A stretch of 64,000 nucleotides of DNA from Ignisphaera sp. (GTDB lineage: Archaea > Thermoproteota > Thermoprotei_A > Sulfolobales > Ignisphaeraceae), in NCBI GenBank assembly GCA_038889075.1, contig JAWAHS010000006.1, positions 1 to 64,000 on the forward strand. The letters run 5' to 3'. This document shows positions 54,445 through 63,592 of this stretch, piece by piece (positions within the stretch are counted from its first letter, which is position 1; every line of letters starts with the position of its first letter). Both the position numbers and the translations under genes were made by a program. The notes under the pieces are model-generated. The model saw only the letters and a program-made list of their open reading frames with translations, searched no databases and was not told the origin of the DNA.

Positions 54445-55509
54445 ATGGATTTTAGGTACCCTCTTAAGGTAAAGGCTGTAGAATGGATTGATGGACGGGT
54501 TAGATGGATTAATACCAATCTTCTACCACATGAAGAGGTCTATGAGGAAAGTATTGATTATGAAAGAATTTCAAGGGCTATAGAGAGTATGGAGATTAGG
54601 GGTGCTCCAGCAATAGGTGTTGCAGCTGCACTTGCCGTAGCGGCTACAGTAGCAAACAGCTCCGTGGCTAGCGTTGAAGAGTTGCGGAATCTAGTCCTAA
54701 GAGTTGTAGATAGACTTAGGAGAACGAGGCCTACAGCATATAATCTATTCTGGGCTTTAGATAGAATTAAAAGGGTGGTCCTAGAACAGAGATACCGGGA
54801 TTTAGAGAGCTATAGAAGAGCTATTATCGATGAAGCTCTAAGGATATATCGTGAAGATATTGAGGTAAACATCAAAATTGGTGAAATAGGTGATAGGATT
54901 ATAGATGATGGTGATACGATACTCACACACTGTAATGCGGGTGCACTAGCAACAGCAGCATTTGGTACAGCTCTAGCTATCATAAGAGTAGCATGGTATA
55001 AGGGTAAGAAGATAAGGGTTATTGCCACAGAGACTAGACCAATGTTACAAGGTGCTAGACTAACTGTATGGGAGCTCGTAAAGGAGGGTATACCCACCAA
55101 GCTGATAACTGATAATATGGTTGGCTATCTAATGTATAGAGGACTTGTTAGTAAGGTTATAGTTGGTGCTGATAGAATTCTTAGCGATGGACATGTGGTG
55201 AATAAGATAGGTACCTATACAATAGCTATTGCTGCCAAAAGACATGGAATACCATTCTATGTTGCAGCACCCACCTCTACATTTGACCTCAATTCAACAA
55301 TAGAAAATATTGTCATAGAGGAGCGCAATCCAGATGAGGTAAGGCGTATACTTGGAAAGGTCCTTATAACGGTGGAGAATGCTGAGGTATTCAATCCATC
55401 ATTTGATATAACACCACCTGATCTCGTATCAGGTATTGTTACAGAGAAAGGTATTATAGAACCACCACTTAATACAAATATCCGACGTATCCTTGGTGGA
55501 GAGATTTAG
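54445..55509 (+). CDS. mtnA: methylthioribose-1-phosphate isomerase
   Basis: IRGAPAIG, RPTA.NL, THCNAGALAT, ETRP.LQGARLT and FDITP. Confidence 0.92.
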   Translation: MDFRYPLKVKAVEWIDGRVRWINTNLLPHEEVYEESIDYERISRAIESMEIRGAPAIGVAAALAVAATVANSSVASVEELRNLVLRVVDRLRRTRPTAYNLFWALDRIKRVVLEQRYRDLESYRRAIIDEALRIYREDIEVNIKIGEIGDRIIDDGDTILTHCNAGALATAAFGTALAIIRVAWYKGKKIRVIATETRPMLQGARLTVWELVKEGIPTKLITDNMVGYLMYRGLVSKVIVGADRILSDGHVVNKIGTYTIAIAAKRHGIPFYVAAPTSTFDLNSTIENIVIEERNPDEVRRILGKVLITVENAEVFNPSFDITPPDLVSGIVTEKGIIEPPLNTNIRRILGGEI

Positions 55510-56258
55510 AAGCGTTTAATACTTCTTATGATATTTAAAGCTTTATCAACATTCTCCTCTATAATAGTCCCTGTTACGATAATATCTGCACCAGCTTTTG
55601 TTAAATCACGAGCCACTTCAGAATCTCTGATACCTCCACCAACTATTAGTATAGTGTCATCGATACAGCTTTTAACTACCTTAACAAATGATGGTGGAAT
55701 TGCATTTGGAGCACCTGAACCTGCTTCAAGGTACACAAACCTCATCCCCATATACCTGGCCGCTAATGCGTACGCTGCTCCTATCTCAGGTTTCTTTAGG
55801 GGTATAGGCCTAGCTCTACCCATTATACTTACAGAGCTCGGCCAGTCACTTACAATTATGTAACCTGTTGGAAGAACCTCCAGTTTAAATCTCTTAACTA
55901 ATGGAGCTGCGTAAACCTGCGCCCCTACTATAAAATACGGATCGTCCGAGTTGAGTAGCGAGATGAATAGTATCGCATCTGCATATGGTGAAAGCCCTGC
56001 TATACTGCCTGGAAACAGTATAGATGGTTTATTGTAATCATCCACTAATTTAACAATAGATGTAACATCTTCACTAAATACCTGAAGACTGCCACCAATC
56101 AATAGAGCGTCCGTTCCAGCATCGATTACCATCTTTAAGATTTTGTGGAGCTCGCCGATATCCGAAACCTTTTCAGGATCTATGAGAGAAAAGTGTAGTT
56201 TTGCTCCTCTATCGATCTCACTCCTAATATAGCTGTATACCCTACCTCTCCATCTCAA
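55506..56258 (-). CDS. geranylgeranylglyceryl phosphate synthase
   Basis: LIDPEK, IGGS, YLEAGSGA, GGGIR and VTGT. Confidence 0.93.
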   Translation of the reverse strand: MRWRGRVYSYIRSEIDRGAKLHFSLIDPEKVSDIGELHKILKMVIDAGTDALLIGGSLQVFSEDVTSIVKLVDDYNKPSILFPGSIAGLSPYADAILFISLLNSDDPYFIVGAQVYAAPLVKRFKLEVLPTGYIIVSDWPSSVSIMGRARPIPLKKPEIGAAYALAARYMGMRFVYLEAGSGAPNAIPPSFVKVVKSCIDDTILIVGGGIRDSEVARDLTKAGADIIVTGTIIEENVDKALNIIRSIKRF

Positions 56259-56310
56259 AATGGTACCCCATATACAGTATTTCCAAGTTTCAGAAATACG
56301 GTATTCCAGT

Positions 56311-56688
56311 CTAGCTCCTAATAATCTTTCTTAGCTTTGGAGAAAATCCTTGGAAAACAACTTCGCTAACTATAGAAATTAGTGTTGCGTGATCTAGTTC
56401 TACATATTTCAATCTATTCTGTTTCTCAGCAATAGTAAACCCTACAACATGATAACAGGGGTAGCCCCTCTTTCTACCAATAAAATTTATAATAAAATCG
56501 CTACATGTACACATTCTACATGGTGATACGATATAGTCTCTATCGCTGCCTCTAAATACGTATACCATTAAACCATACATTCTGTCAATTAGAACTAGAA
56601 ATCTATTCATATTGATAGCACTCAAAAGCTTCTCATGATTTGCAAAGTGCTTCAGTATCTCATCTCTACATAGCGTCTCTAGCTCCAT
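56311..56688 (-). CDS. SWIM zinc-finger protein
   Basis: CTCSDF...CYH. Confidence 0.75.
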   Translation of the reverse strand: MELETLCRDEILKHFANHEKLLSAINMNRFLVLIDRMYGLMVYVFRGSDRDYIVSPCRMCTCSDFIINFIGRKRGYPCYHVVGFTIAEKQNRLKYVELDHATLISIVSEVVFQGFSPKLRKIIRS

Positions 56689-56770
56689 TAAACTCCACGG
56701 TAAATCTTTCTCTACAAATCTATCTACAGGTGATGTAAGCTTAATAAACCTATGTCATATCTAGTAGATA

Positions 56771-56959
56771 ATGAGGTTAGTGGAAATGTCTTCAAGAAGA
56801 CGTAGACAAGGACCTTCACTGGCCAGCTACGTCGGCCTAGTTAGATTCTATGAGGAGTTAGAGAGCATTGTAAAGCTTAATCCATACCTTATAATACTAA
56901 TAGCCATATCTACATCTATTATCATAATTCTATCTAGAATACTTATACCTTTCCCATAA
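56771..56959 (+). CDS. secG: preprotein translocase Sec61beta subunit
   Basis: GLVRFYEE...KLNP plus one C-terminal TM helix. Confidence 0.85.
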   Translation: MRLVEMSSRRRRQGPSLASYVGLVRFYEELESIVKLNPYLIILIAISTSIIIILSRILIPFP

Positions 56960-57084
56960 ATAGATATATTATACAGTAATTGAATACAGGATCTGTGTAT
57001 CCTCATTTTACACTAATTGTAAGGTCTTTAGCTGCGATTCGCTTTCATACAGCTATATAATCCAAATAGTATCTAACCACTTAT

Positions 57085-57401
57085 GGGTCCAGCCCATAGG
57101 CCGTTACGGGAAACCGAGGAAACACCGTCCTCCGTATGGAGCTGGAGCCCCGTAAGGGGCTGGGGCAATACCCCAGGCTCTGGCACAGAAACGATATGCC
57201 CACAAATCGATGAGGATGATGTGGCGAGGCCCTCTAGGTAACTAGGGGGCAGAGACCTATTGACGAGATTTGTGGAGGCAGTGAAACGGCCATCCTCCAG
57301 GGAGTAAGGACTACTCCAATGAATCTCCATATGAGGGGTAGAGAGCCGCTCTAGCCGAATACGGCTTGATCACAGAAGACGGGTTATTATGGGCTGGACC
57401 C
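57085..57401 (+). ncRNA. rnpB: RNase P RNA
   Basis: P1 gggtccagcccata/tatgggctggaccc; CR-I gaggaaac, acagaaac, gtgaaacgg and CR-V acagaagacgggtta. Confidence 0.95.
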
Positions 57402-57409
57402 AACAATGG

Positions 57410-57721
57410 GTGTTCTCTATAGGAACCAGAGGGGTTAGTAATATCCAACTGATACAATATTGCTAGATCATCATCTGATGTTGATGTACCCAGACCCCGT
57501 GTTTCACGTGCATCATTCGTTTTTAAAATACATTCCTGAAGTTTGTATAAAGATCTATGTATAGTTTTGATACTGATGTTGATTAAATCTATAGATAATA
57601 ATATGATGCATAGGAAATAGAGGGGTCTGGGATAATATATATGAAAATAATTGATTATTACATGATATGGTTGCTGTTAATGTGTGGGAAGAAAGTGTTC
57701 TCTACAGGAACCAGAGGGGTT
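57410..57721. other. putative chromosomal replication origin (4 ORB-like boxes plus AT-rich DUE)
   Basis: 27-bp direct repeat gtgttctcta(t/c)aggaaccagaggggtt at 57410 and 57695; inverted pair 57489-57516 and 57603-57631 around an AT-rich spacer. Confidence 0.8.
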
Positions 57722-59102
57722 CAATAATCTGGCTGATATGAGCCAACTCTATATTCGTTACCAGCGGTTTCCATATTTTTTCCTTTCCATACCTAGATAA
57801 CGGTTTAATGAGATGTTTTTGCATTCTAGCTGGTGGAATATATAGTTTCTGTTCAACAACTCTAGGCAGCTGTTCACAGTCAAGCTCAGGGTTAACAATG
57901 TTTACATCACATCTTTTGCATCTATATCCCTTACCCAATCCCATTTTCTCAACTCTTTTCTTACATACTTGACACCTAGGTGCTCTACACATATATCTCG
58001 ACTTAATATCTACAACTTGAATCTTCTCGACATGGAATACCATGGTCTTTCCCCAAGGTTTTACATGACCTTGCACAATTATCTCATCACCTATATTTAG
58101 ATCCATTGCTATACTTGTTAAAGTTGATGGTTTGAAGAAAACGAGATCTATACTACCTGTAGCATCGAATGCCTTCACCATAACAGCTCCGCCTGGAAGG
58201 ACCTCAGGTCTCGATATAATAACTGCGTGAAGTTTAGCTGTTGTGTACATTCTCAATTCATCTATATTTCTAGAGATACCATGCGCATCTGTTGCTTGGT
58301 TACTTCTAAACACTGTCCAAGCTACAATAGGTTCACATGTTTTAATGATATTGAGTGACATTCTCACCGCTTCTGGAGACTCACCCCTTACACCATAGAG
58401 TACGGGATCTGCACCATGTGATTCTATCAATATTCTTCCACTCTCATCATCAATATTATTGAAGGTGCTAGATCTGCTAATCTCATCGAATTCTTTAACT
58501 GAGTCTATCTCAATGCACCTTCTCATTCCGTACAGCTTCTTCGATCTGTATGTAAGAAGCTCGTATGTATAGTCACCTCCAGCTAAAAACCATCCGATTG
58601 CAGCAGATGCTCCAACCACTCCACGGTTTTTGAATACATCAATCAGATACACATTTCTATATCTCATAAGTTTTTCTATCACTATAGATGGTAACACTAC
58701 ATCTGATAAAGCTTTTGTATAGATTTCAGCCATTATTGAAGGAATAGTATTTGCAACGATAACAAGACCAGGTTCAACATCGTGTGTCGAGAGGGATAGA
58801 TCTAGAGTGCTGCTGATGCTATCACAATACTCTAGTAGCACACGTCGACAGTAATCTACAATATCTTGAACCTTGCTGCATTCTACTGAAATTCTTAGAG
58901 CGACAGCACCATTTCCTCGAGTTTTCCATGGAATAGAAGGATTTAGTCTAACTAAATTTGGATAGTCTATAAATGCTATCCTAAATCTATCAACTAATCT
59001 ATGCAGTAGATGTGTTGCGGCATGCGTTGTACAGCCATATTGATAGGAATCGAAATCATCGATCCCTATATGGAGTATGCAGGCGCTGTTATCTAGGCTC
59101 AC
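57702..59102 (-). CDS. tiaS: tRNA(Ile2) 2-agmatinylcytidine synthetase
   Basis: IGIDD.D...GCTT, LVRLNP.IPWKTRGNGA, SNQATD.H, Zn ribbon and HL.KP. Confidence 0.93.
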   Translation of the reverse strand: MSLDNSACILHIGIDDFDSYQYGCTTHAATHLLHRLVDRFRIAFIDYPNLVRLNPSIPWKTRGNGAVALRISVECSKVQDIVDYCRRVLLEYCDSISSTLDLSLSTHDVEPGLVIVANTIPSIMAEIYTKALSDVVLPSIVIEKLMRYRNVYLIDVFKNRGVVGASAAIGWFLAGGDYTYELLTYRSKKLYGMRRCIEIDSVKEFDEISRSSTFNNIDDESGRILIESHGADPVLYGVRGESPEAVRMSLNIIKTCEPIVAWTVFRSNQATDAHGISRNIDELRMYTTAKLHAVIISRPEVLPGGAVMVKAFDATGSIDLVFFKPSTLTSIAMDLNIGDEIIVQGHVKPWGKTMVFHVEKIQVVDIKSRYMCRAPRCQVCKKRVEKMGLGKGYRCKRCDVNIVNPELDCEQLPRVVEQKLYIPPARMQKHLIKPLSRYGKEKIWKPLVTNIELAHISQIIEPLWFL

Positions 59103-59151
59103 TATGTATCTATGCCCAACAACGATTTATATATTTATATAAGTCAAGATT

Positions 59152-59421
59152 CTATCCAATCTTTTTCTCAACATTACTAGAGCTTGAAGTTGTAGACACT
59201 ATGACCATTGTTATGGTCGATCTTACCTTTGGGAGTCTCCTTATTTTAGTAGATATTATATTCTTTAAATCCTCTATGGTACCAGCTTCAATTCTTGTAT
59301 ACAAATCATATACACCATATACTATGTATGCCTCCTTTACACCGTTTATACTCCTTACCTGATTCAATACCTCTTCCTCAGCACCAACGTCAGTATTTAT
59401 AAGGACCAGAGCTTCAGGCAT
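59152..59421 (-). CDS. stand-alone Lrp/AsnC ligand-binding domain
   Basis: VYGVYDL; paralog of 20270-20503. Confidence 0.85.
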   Translation of the reverse strand: MPEALVLINTDVGAEEEVLNQVRSINGVKEAYIVYGVYDLYTRIEAGTIEDLKNIISTKIRRLPKVRSTITMVIVSTTSSSSNVEKKIG

Positions 59422-59771
59422 GCGTTGCTACCACCTTAAGAGCAATAGTAATGGCAGGTATATAAAAACTTACTTGACCTATATACATCAATTGCAATTG
59501 TGACTACACCGTCCTTTGAGCTAGATGAAAGGTTTATAAATCTGCATCCTCCAGCTACAACTTTGGTTATGAGAGTACAGCAGATGTGAAATCAATGCAC
59601 TCTGAACTCTATAGGGTGGTTCTCCAAAATGTAAGTACCTCCTTCCCTGGCTACTCTGCAGGTGAGACCTACAAATAGGTGTGAGAACCCGTGAAGAATC
59701 TTACGAACTCTAACCATTTAAATGAATTCATCGACATCTGTACCACCTCTCCAAGGGTGTATAAATAGAGT

Positions 59772-60335
59772 ATGCCTAGGCTATTGATCTTAACTAAAGG
59801 TGAAGATAATCCAGGTATGTGTACAGCTGAGCGTCTAATTCGGAGAGGAAAGGCTAGGAGAATAGGTAGAGTGGGTGAGATACCGAAATGCAGCATAGTA
59901 CTCAATCCATATGCATATAGCTATCTAAAGCGAAGCGATAGGCTATGGATTGAAGAGTGCGGACTTGTGGCTATAGATGTGTCATGGAGAGAAGGTATAG
60001 AGTTCTTGAAGAATATTAGAAGAGGTCAGCATAGAGTTCTACCCATACTAATAGCTGTAAATCCCATAAACTATGGAAAACCATTCAAATTGAGTACTGT
60101 AGAAGCATTAGCAGCAGCATTACTAATTACAGGATTTAGTGATGAAGCTAGAGAAATCTTGGAAGAATTCAAATGGGGTCCACAATTCATCGAAGTAAAT
60201 AGGGATAGACTTTTCAAATACACAAATGCGTTAACAGATGATGAAATCGATGAAATACAGAGGGAGCTATTCAATATAACTACCAGTAAGAAAATCATAG
60301 AAATACTACACAGAGAAATAGCTAATAAGGACTAA
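59772..60335 (+). CDS. tsr3: rRNA aminocarboxypropyltransferase Tsr3
   Basis: D.P..CTA, IDVSW and R.LP.LIAVNPINYGKPFKLSTVEALAAAL. Confidence 0.92.
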   Translation: MPRLLILTKGEDNPGMCTAERLIRRGKARRIGRVGEIPKCSIVLNPYAYSYLKRSDRLWIEECGLVAIDVSWREGIEFLKNIRRGQHRVLPILIAVNPINYGKPFKLSTVEALAAALLITGFSDEAREILEEFKWGPQFIEVNRDRLFKYTNALTDDEIDEIQRELFNITTSKKIIEILHREIANKD

Positions 60336-60501
60336 ATACTATAAATTGCTTCATAGAGTAGAGAGTGCGTAGCTACAATTAATTCAACACTAGCTGGAGT
60401 AGGATATACCTAATAAATTAATATAGTTGACAATAAGATAGGTAATTAAGTTTATAAATGGAGCTTGCAAAATCTCTATATACCTAGAAACAATGGGATC
60501 G

Positions 60502-60575
60502 GGGCCCGTCGTCTAGTCTGGTAGGACGCCGCCCTCACGAGGCGGAGGTCCGGGGTTCAAATCCCCGCGGGCCCA
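60502..60575 (+). tRNA. tRNA-Val(CAC)
   Basis: ccgcc-ctCACga-ggcgg. Confidence 0.95.
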
Positions 60576-60701
60576 CTAAATAATTCGTTGATTAAACTGT
60601 GGTGTGCTACCTTCTATGAATATGTATTAAGGTATTGTTAGGCTATTTATATATAGAGGTTATATATTTTGAAGATGTAGTAGATTTGTGGTGTGTAGGT
60701 T

Positions 60702-61646
60702 ATGTATGTGGATAGTCTAAAGGGGAGGGATCTGCTTTCAATTGCTGATCTGTCCTCTAATGAGCTCTACTCTATATTAGAACTTAGTCTCAGATTTAAG
60801 AGGATGTTTTATGAGGGGTATAGGGTGCTACCTATACTAATGAATAGGGTACTGGCACTAATATTTGAAAAACATAGTACTCGAACACGTGTAAGTCTTC
60901 AGGTAGCTATGCATCAGCTTGGTGGAACTTCGCTGTATCTATCGTCGCAGGAGCTTCAGCTCGCTAGAGGAGAGCCGGTGAAGGATACTGCAAGGGTTTT
61001 AGAGAGGTACGTGGATTGTATTGCTGCGAGGGTGTATAGGCACGAGACCCTAGTAGAGTTGGCCGAATACGCTAGGATACCTGTAGTCAATGCATTGAGT
61101 GATCGTGAACATCCTCTCCAAGCTCTAGCTGATGTAATGACCATTATGGAGGTGAAGGGCGATGTAAGGAAGCTTAAGATAGCGTTTCTAGGTGATGGAA
61201 GTGACAATGTTCTACATAGCCTGCTACTAGCGGTAGCTAAACTCGGTGGCACGATATACGTAGCTACACCACTAGGCTACGATCCTATCAAGGAAATCGT
61301 AGCTCTAGCTAATGAAGATGCACAAAAAAGTGGTGCTACTATTGCGGTAGTAAGAGATCCTATAGAAGCTGTAAGTGGTGCTGATGTGGTGTATACCGAT
61401 GTATGGGTTAGTATGGGCCAGGAAATGGAAAGGGAGAAGAGAATCAGGGATCTGAGAAACTATCAAGTGAATAGAGAGCTTGTTTCCTATGCTAAGAGGG
61501 ATTACATATTCATGCACTGCCTACCTGCACACAGAGGTGAGGAAGTAACAGATGAAGTTATAGAATCCAGCAATTCTATTGTATGGATTCAAGCTGAAAA
61601 CAGGCTACATACATCTAAGGCTGTTCTAGCCTCAATAGTGAGATAG
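60702..61646 (+). CDS. argF: ornithine carbamoyltransferase
   Basis: STRTR, HPLQ, DVWVSMG, HCLP and QAENR. Confidence 0.96.
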   Translation: MYVDSLKGRDLLSIADLSSNELYSILELSLRFKRMFYEGYRVLPILMNRVLALIFEKHSTRTRVSLQVAMHQLGGTSLYLSSQELQLARGEPVKDTARVLERYVDCIAARVYRHETLVELAEYARIPVVNALSDREHPLQALADVMTIMEVKGDVRKLKIAFLGDGSDNVLHSLLLAVAKLGGTIYVATPLGYDPIKEIVALANEDAQKSGATIAVVRDPIEAVSGADVVYTDVWVSMGQEMEREKRIRDLRNYQVNRELVSYAKRDYIFMHCLPAHRGEEVTDEVIESSNSIVWIQAENRLHTSKAVLASIVR

Positions 61647-61795
61647 TATCTCGTGCAACTTTCCTAATCTCATAAAGATCTTATAAAGCTACACCATGCC
61701 TTGAGAAGTAGGCTAAGTAGAACAACATGGTAGAATACGAGGTTATACCAGACAGGTTATACCAGAGATAGGTAGCGGGGTTTGGGTTTCGTGTT

Positions 61796-61912
61796 GGTTG
61801 ATGTTGTTTGTTGTCAACCCTTGGCTTCACAGACCTCGGGGCACCTTTCATCGGAGCCCATATCATCGGTCTCCACCACAAACCTGCATCGTGGACAGGC
61901 TCATCCCACGGT
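61796..61912 (-). ncRNA. candidate K-turn-rich structured RNA
   Basis: Two back-to-back K-turn patterns sharing gacc/ggtc, a possible pseudoknot and a terminal hairpin. Confidence 0.45.
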
Positions 61913-62037
61913 AACACAACTTACATCAAACCCTACAAACCTATACGAAAACTGAAACAGTTGCACAAGGTTCTCGATGGTGGGGAGCTGTGGGTCGAGG
62001 TTACCTTGAATGCAACTACTATGAAACCTGAACTTCG

Positions 62038-62349
62038 TTAGGATAGTTTTGTAAGTATATACTCTATTTTACTATCGATACATGCATTTATACAGGAGAT
62101 GAGACACTCATTCATGCTCTTTCCATTACTCTCAATACAGTATGGGTTGCACTCTCTCTCACAGATTATAGTATTGGGCTCTATTATGGTATAGCCCTTA
62201 ATCCTATGGATTTGAAACAGATTAGCTATGCCGATGCTTCTCAGATACTCTAAAATAGCAGACTCACTACTATTTTCAACCACTATGAATCTAAAATTCC
62301 TTAGCACCTTTATAATTGCACTCCTATCTATGCTTTGCATATTCATCAA
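62038..62349 (-). CDS. hypothetical Cys-rich protein
   Basis: CERECNPYC...CLISCINAC; overlaps the upstream ORF. Confidence 0.6.
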   Translation of the reverse strand: MMNMQSIDRSAIIKVLRNFRFIVVENSSESAILEYLRSIGIANLFQIHRIKGYTIIEPNTIICERECNPYCIESNGKSMNECLISCINACIDSKIEYILTKLS

Positions 62350-62725
62350 TCCTGTGAATATTGTTTAATGCTATTAGAGCGTAGCTCTTATATCTATCAT
62401 CACCTGAAACCTTCTTCATAGTATTATTAACATACTTTAGCCTTAGCACTTCATAGCCACCGTCGTTAAGGATGCTTATATAGCCTCTATTCCTTCCACT
62501 AAGACCATATGTTATGTAAATAGAGACCGCTATGTAGCCCCTAGGTATACTATATTCACCACAGTAGGCGAATCCATTGATGTAGACACCTCTACAAGGT
62601 TTTAGTTCCCTGGGGTCAGGGATCACCATACCACCACCTGGATTGATTAGTAGTAGTAGTGACATTCTATGGTGTTTGCCTGTTCTACTATATGTATGTT
62701 CTATTCTTATAGGGATTCTAACCAA
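62324..62725 (-). CDS. hypothetical protein
   Basis: 133 aa; overlaps both neighbours. Confidence 0.65.
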   Translation of the reverse strand: MVRIPIRIEHTYSRTGKHHRMSLLLLINPGGGMVIPDPRELKPCRGVYINGFAYCGEYSIPRGYIAVSIYITYGLSGRNRGYISILNDGGYEVLRLKYVNNTMKKVSGDDRYKSYALIALNNIHRIDEYAKHR

Positions 62726-62954
62726 TTTTCAGAACCCTTCCAACAGCTTCAACTCTTTCATCGGACTCGATGGAGATGCACAGCATATTCTTTGGGAATA
62801 CGAATGCGCTATAGTCTATCCTTACAGTTCCTTTAATTTCAATCAAATCTATATCCCTATATCCATACTCAGCAATGCTTTTCCCATCTCTATCAAATAA
62901 TATTAATCTGATCAGGGGCTCCCGGCGGTCTAGGCAGAGATTTATAAATGGCAC
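62718..62954 (-). CDS. hypothetical protein
   Basis: 78 aa; first gene of an overlapping trio. Confidence 0.5.
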   Translation of the reverse strand: MPFINLCLDRREPLIRLILFDRDGKSIAEYGYRDIDLIEIKGTVRIDYSAFVFPKNMLCISIESDERVEAVGRVLKIG

Positions 62955-63097
62955 CTAATCTACACCATTTACATAAGATAGTTTCGTAGCTATTAGTTAA
63001 AAGTTTATCCTAGAAGGCTGGAGCTAATCGAATTCTATTCTATATTTGGCATAAGATATAAATCTGTGCAACCCTATTTTTAACGGGGTTGTAAAGT

Positions 63098-63592
63098 ATG
63101 TCATCGGCACTCAAATTTGATGTAATTGATGTACCAATACCACACGGCTCCAATGTGATTATTGGGCAGAGCCACTTCATAAAAACAGTTGAAGATCTAT
63201 ATGAAGCACTGGTAACACACGTTCCTGGGATAAAATTTGGTTTAGCATTCAATGAGTCTAGTGGAAAGAGGTTAATAAGATATGAAGGAAATGATGAGGA
63301 GTTGGTGAAGTATGCTATAGATGTTGCCAGGAGAATAGGTGCTGGGCATGTATTTGTTGTATATATAAGAAATGCCTGGCCAATAAATATTGTGAATGCA
63401 ATTAAGAGTGTCCAGGAGGTGCTTAGAATATATGCTGCTACAGCAAATCCTCTTCAAGTTATAGTTGTTGAGACAAATCAAGGTAGGGGTATCGTAGGTG
63501 TTGTAGATGGCTATACACCACTAGGTGTTGAGGATGAGGAGAGTAGAAGGGAGAGATATGAGTTTCTAAGAAGAATTGGGTATAAGAAATGA
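63098..63592 (+). CDS. adenosine-specific kinase family (DUF355)
   Basis: [23 protein letters not shown] and GVVDG. Confidence 0.88.
   Translation: MSSALKFDVIDVPIPHGSNVIIGQSHFIKTVEDLYEALVTHVPGIKFGLAFNESSGKRLIRYEGNDEELVKYAIDVARRIGAGHVFVVYIRNAWPINIVNAIKSVQEVLRIYAATANPLQVIVVETNQGRGIVGVVDGYTPLGVEDEESRRERYEFLRRIGYKK

Noticed and set aside
57073-57330. 85-aa minus-strand ORF
   Set aside because: Antisense to RNase P RNA.
57410-57721. 27-bp direct repeat as a CRISPR remnant or att site
   Set aside because: Spacing of 285 bp, ORB-like sequence, and no cas or integrase gene nearby.
48266-60575. Near-identical tRNA-Val copies as attL/attR of an integrated element
   Set aside because: Both are full-length isoacceptors on opposite strands enclosing core genes.
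61681-62041. 77- and 78-aa ORFs in the argF downstream gap
   Set aside because: Atypical composition, no motifs, and better explained by a structured non-coding element.
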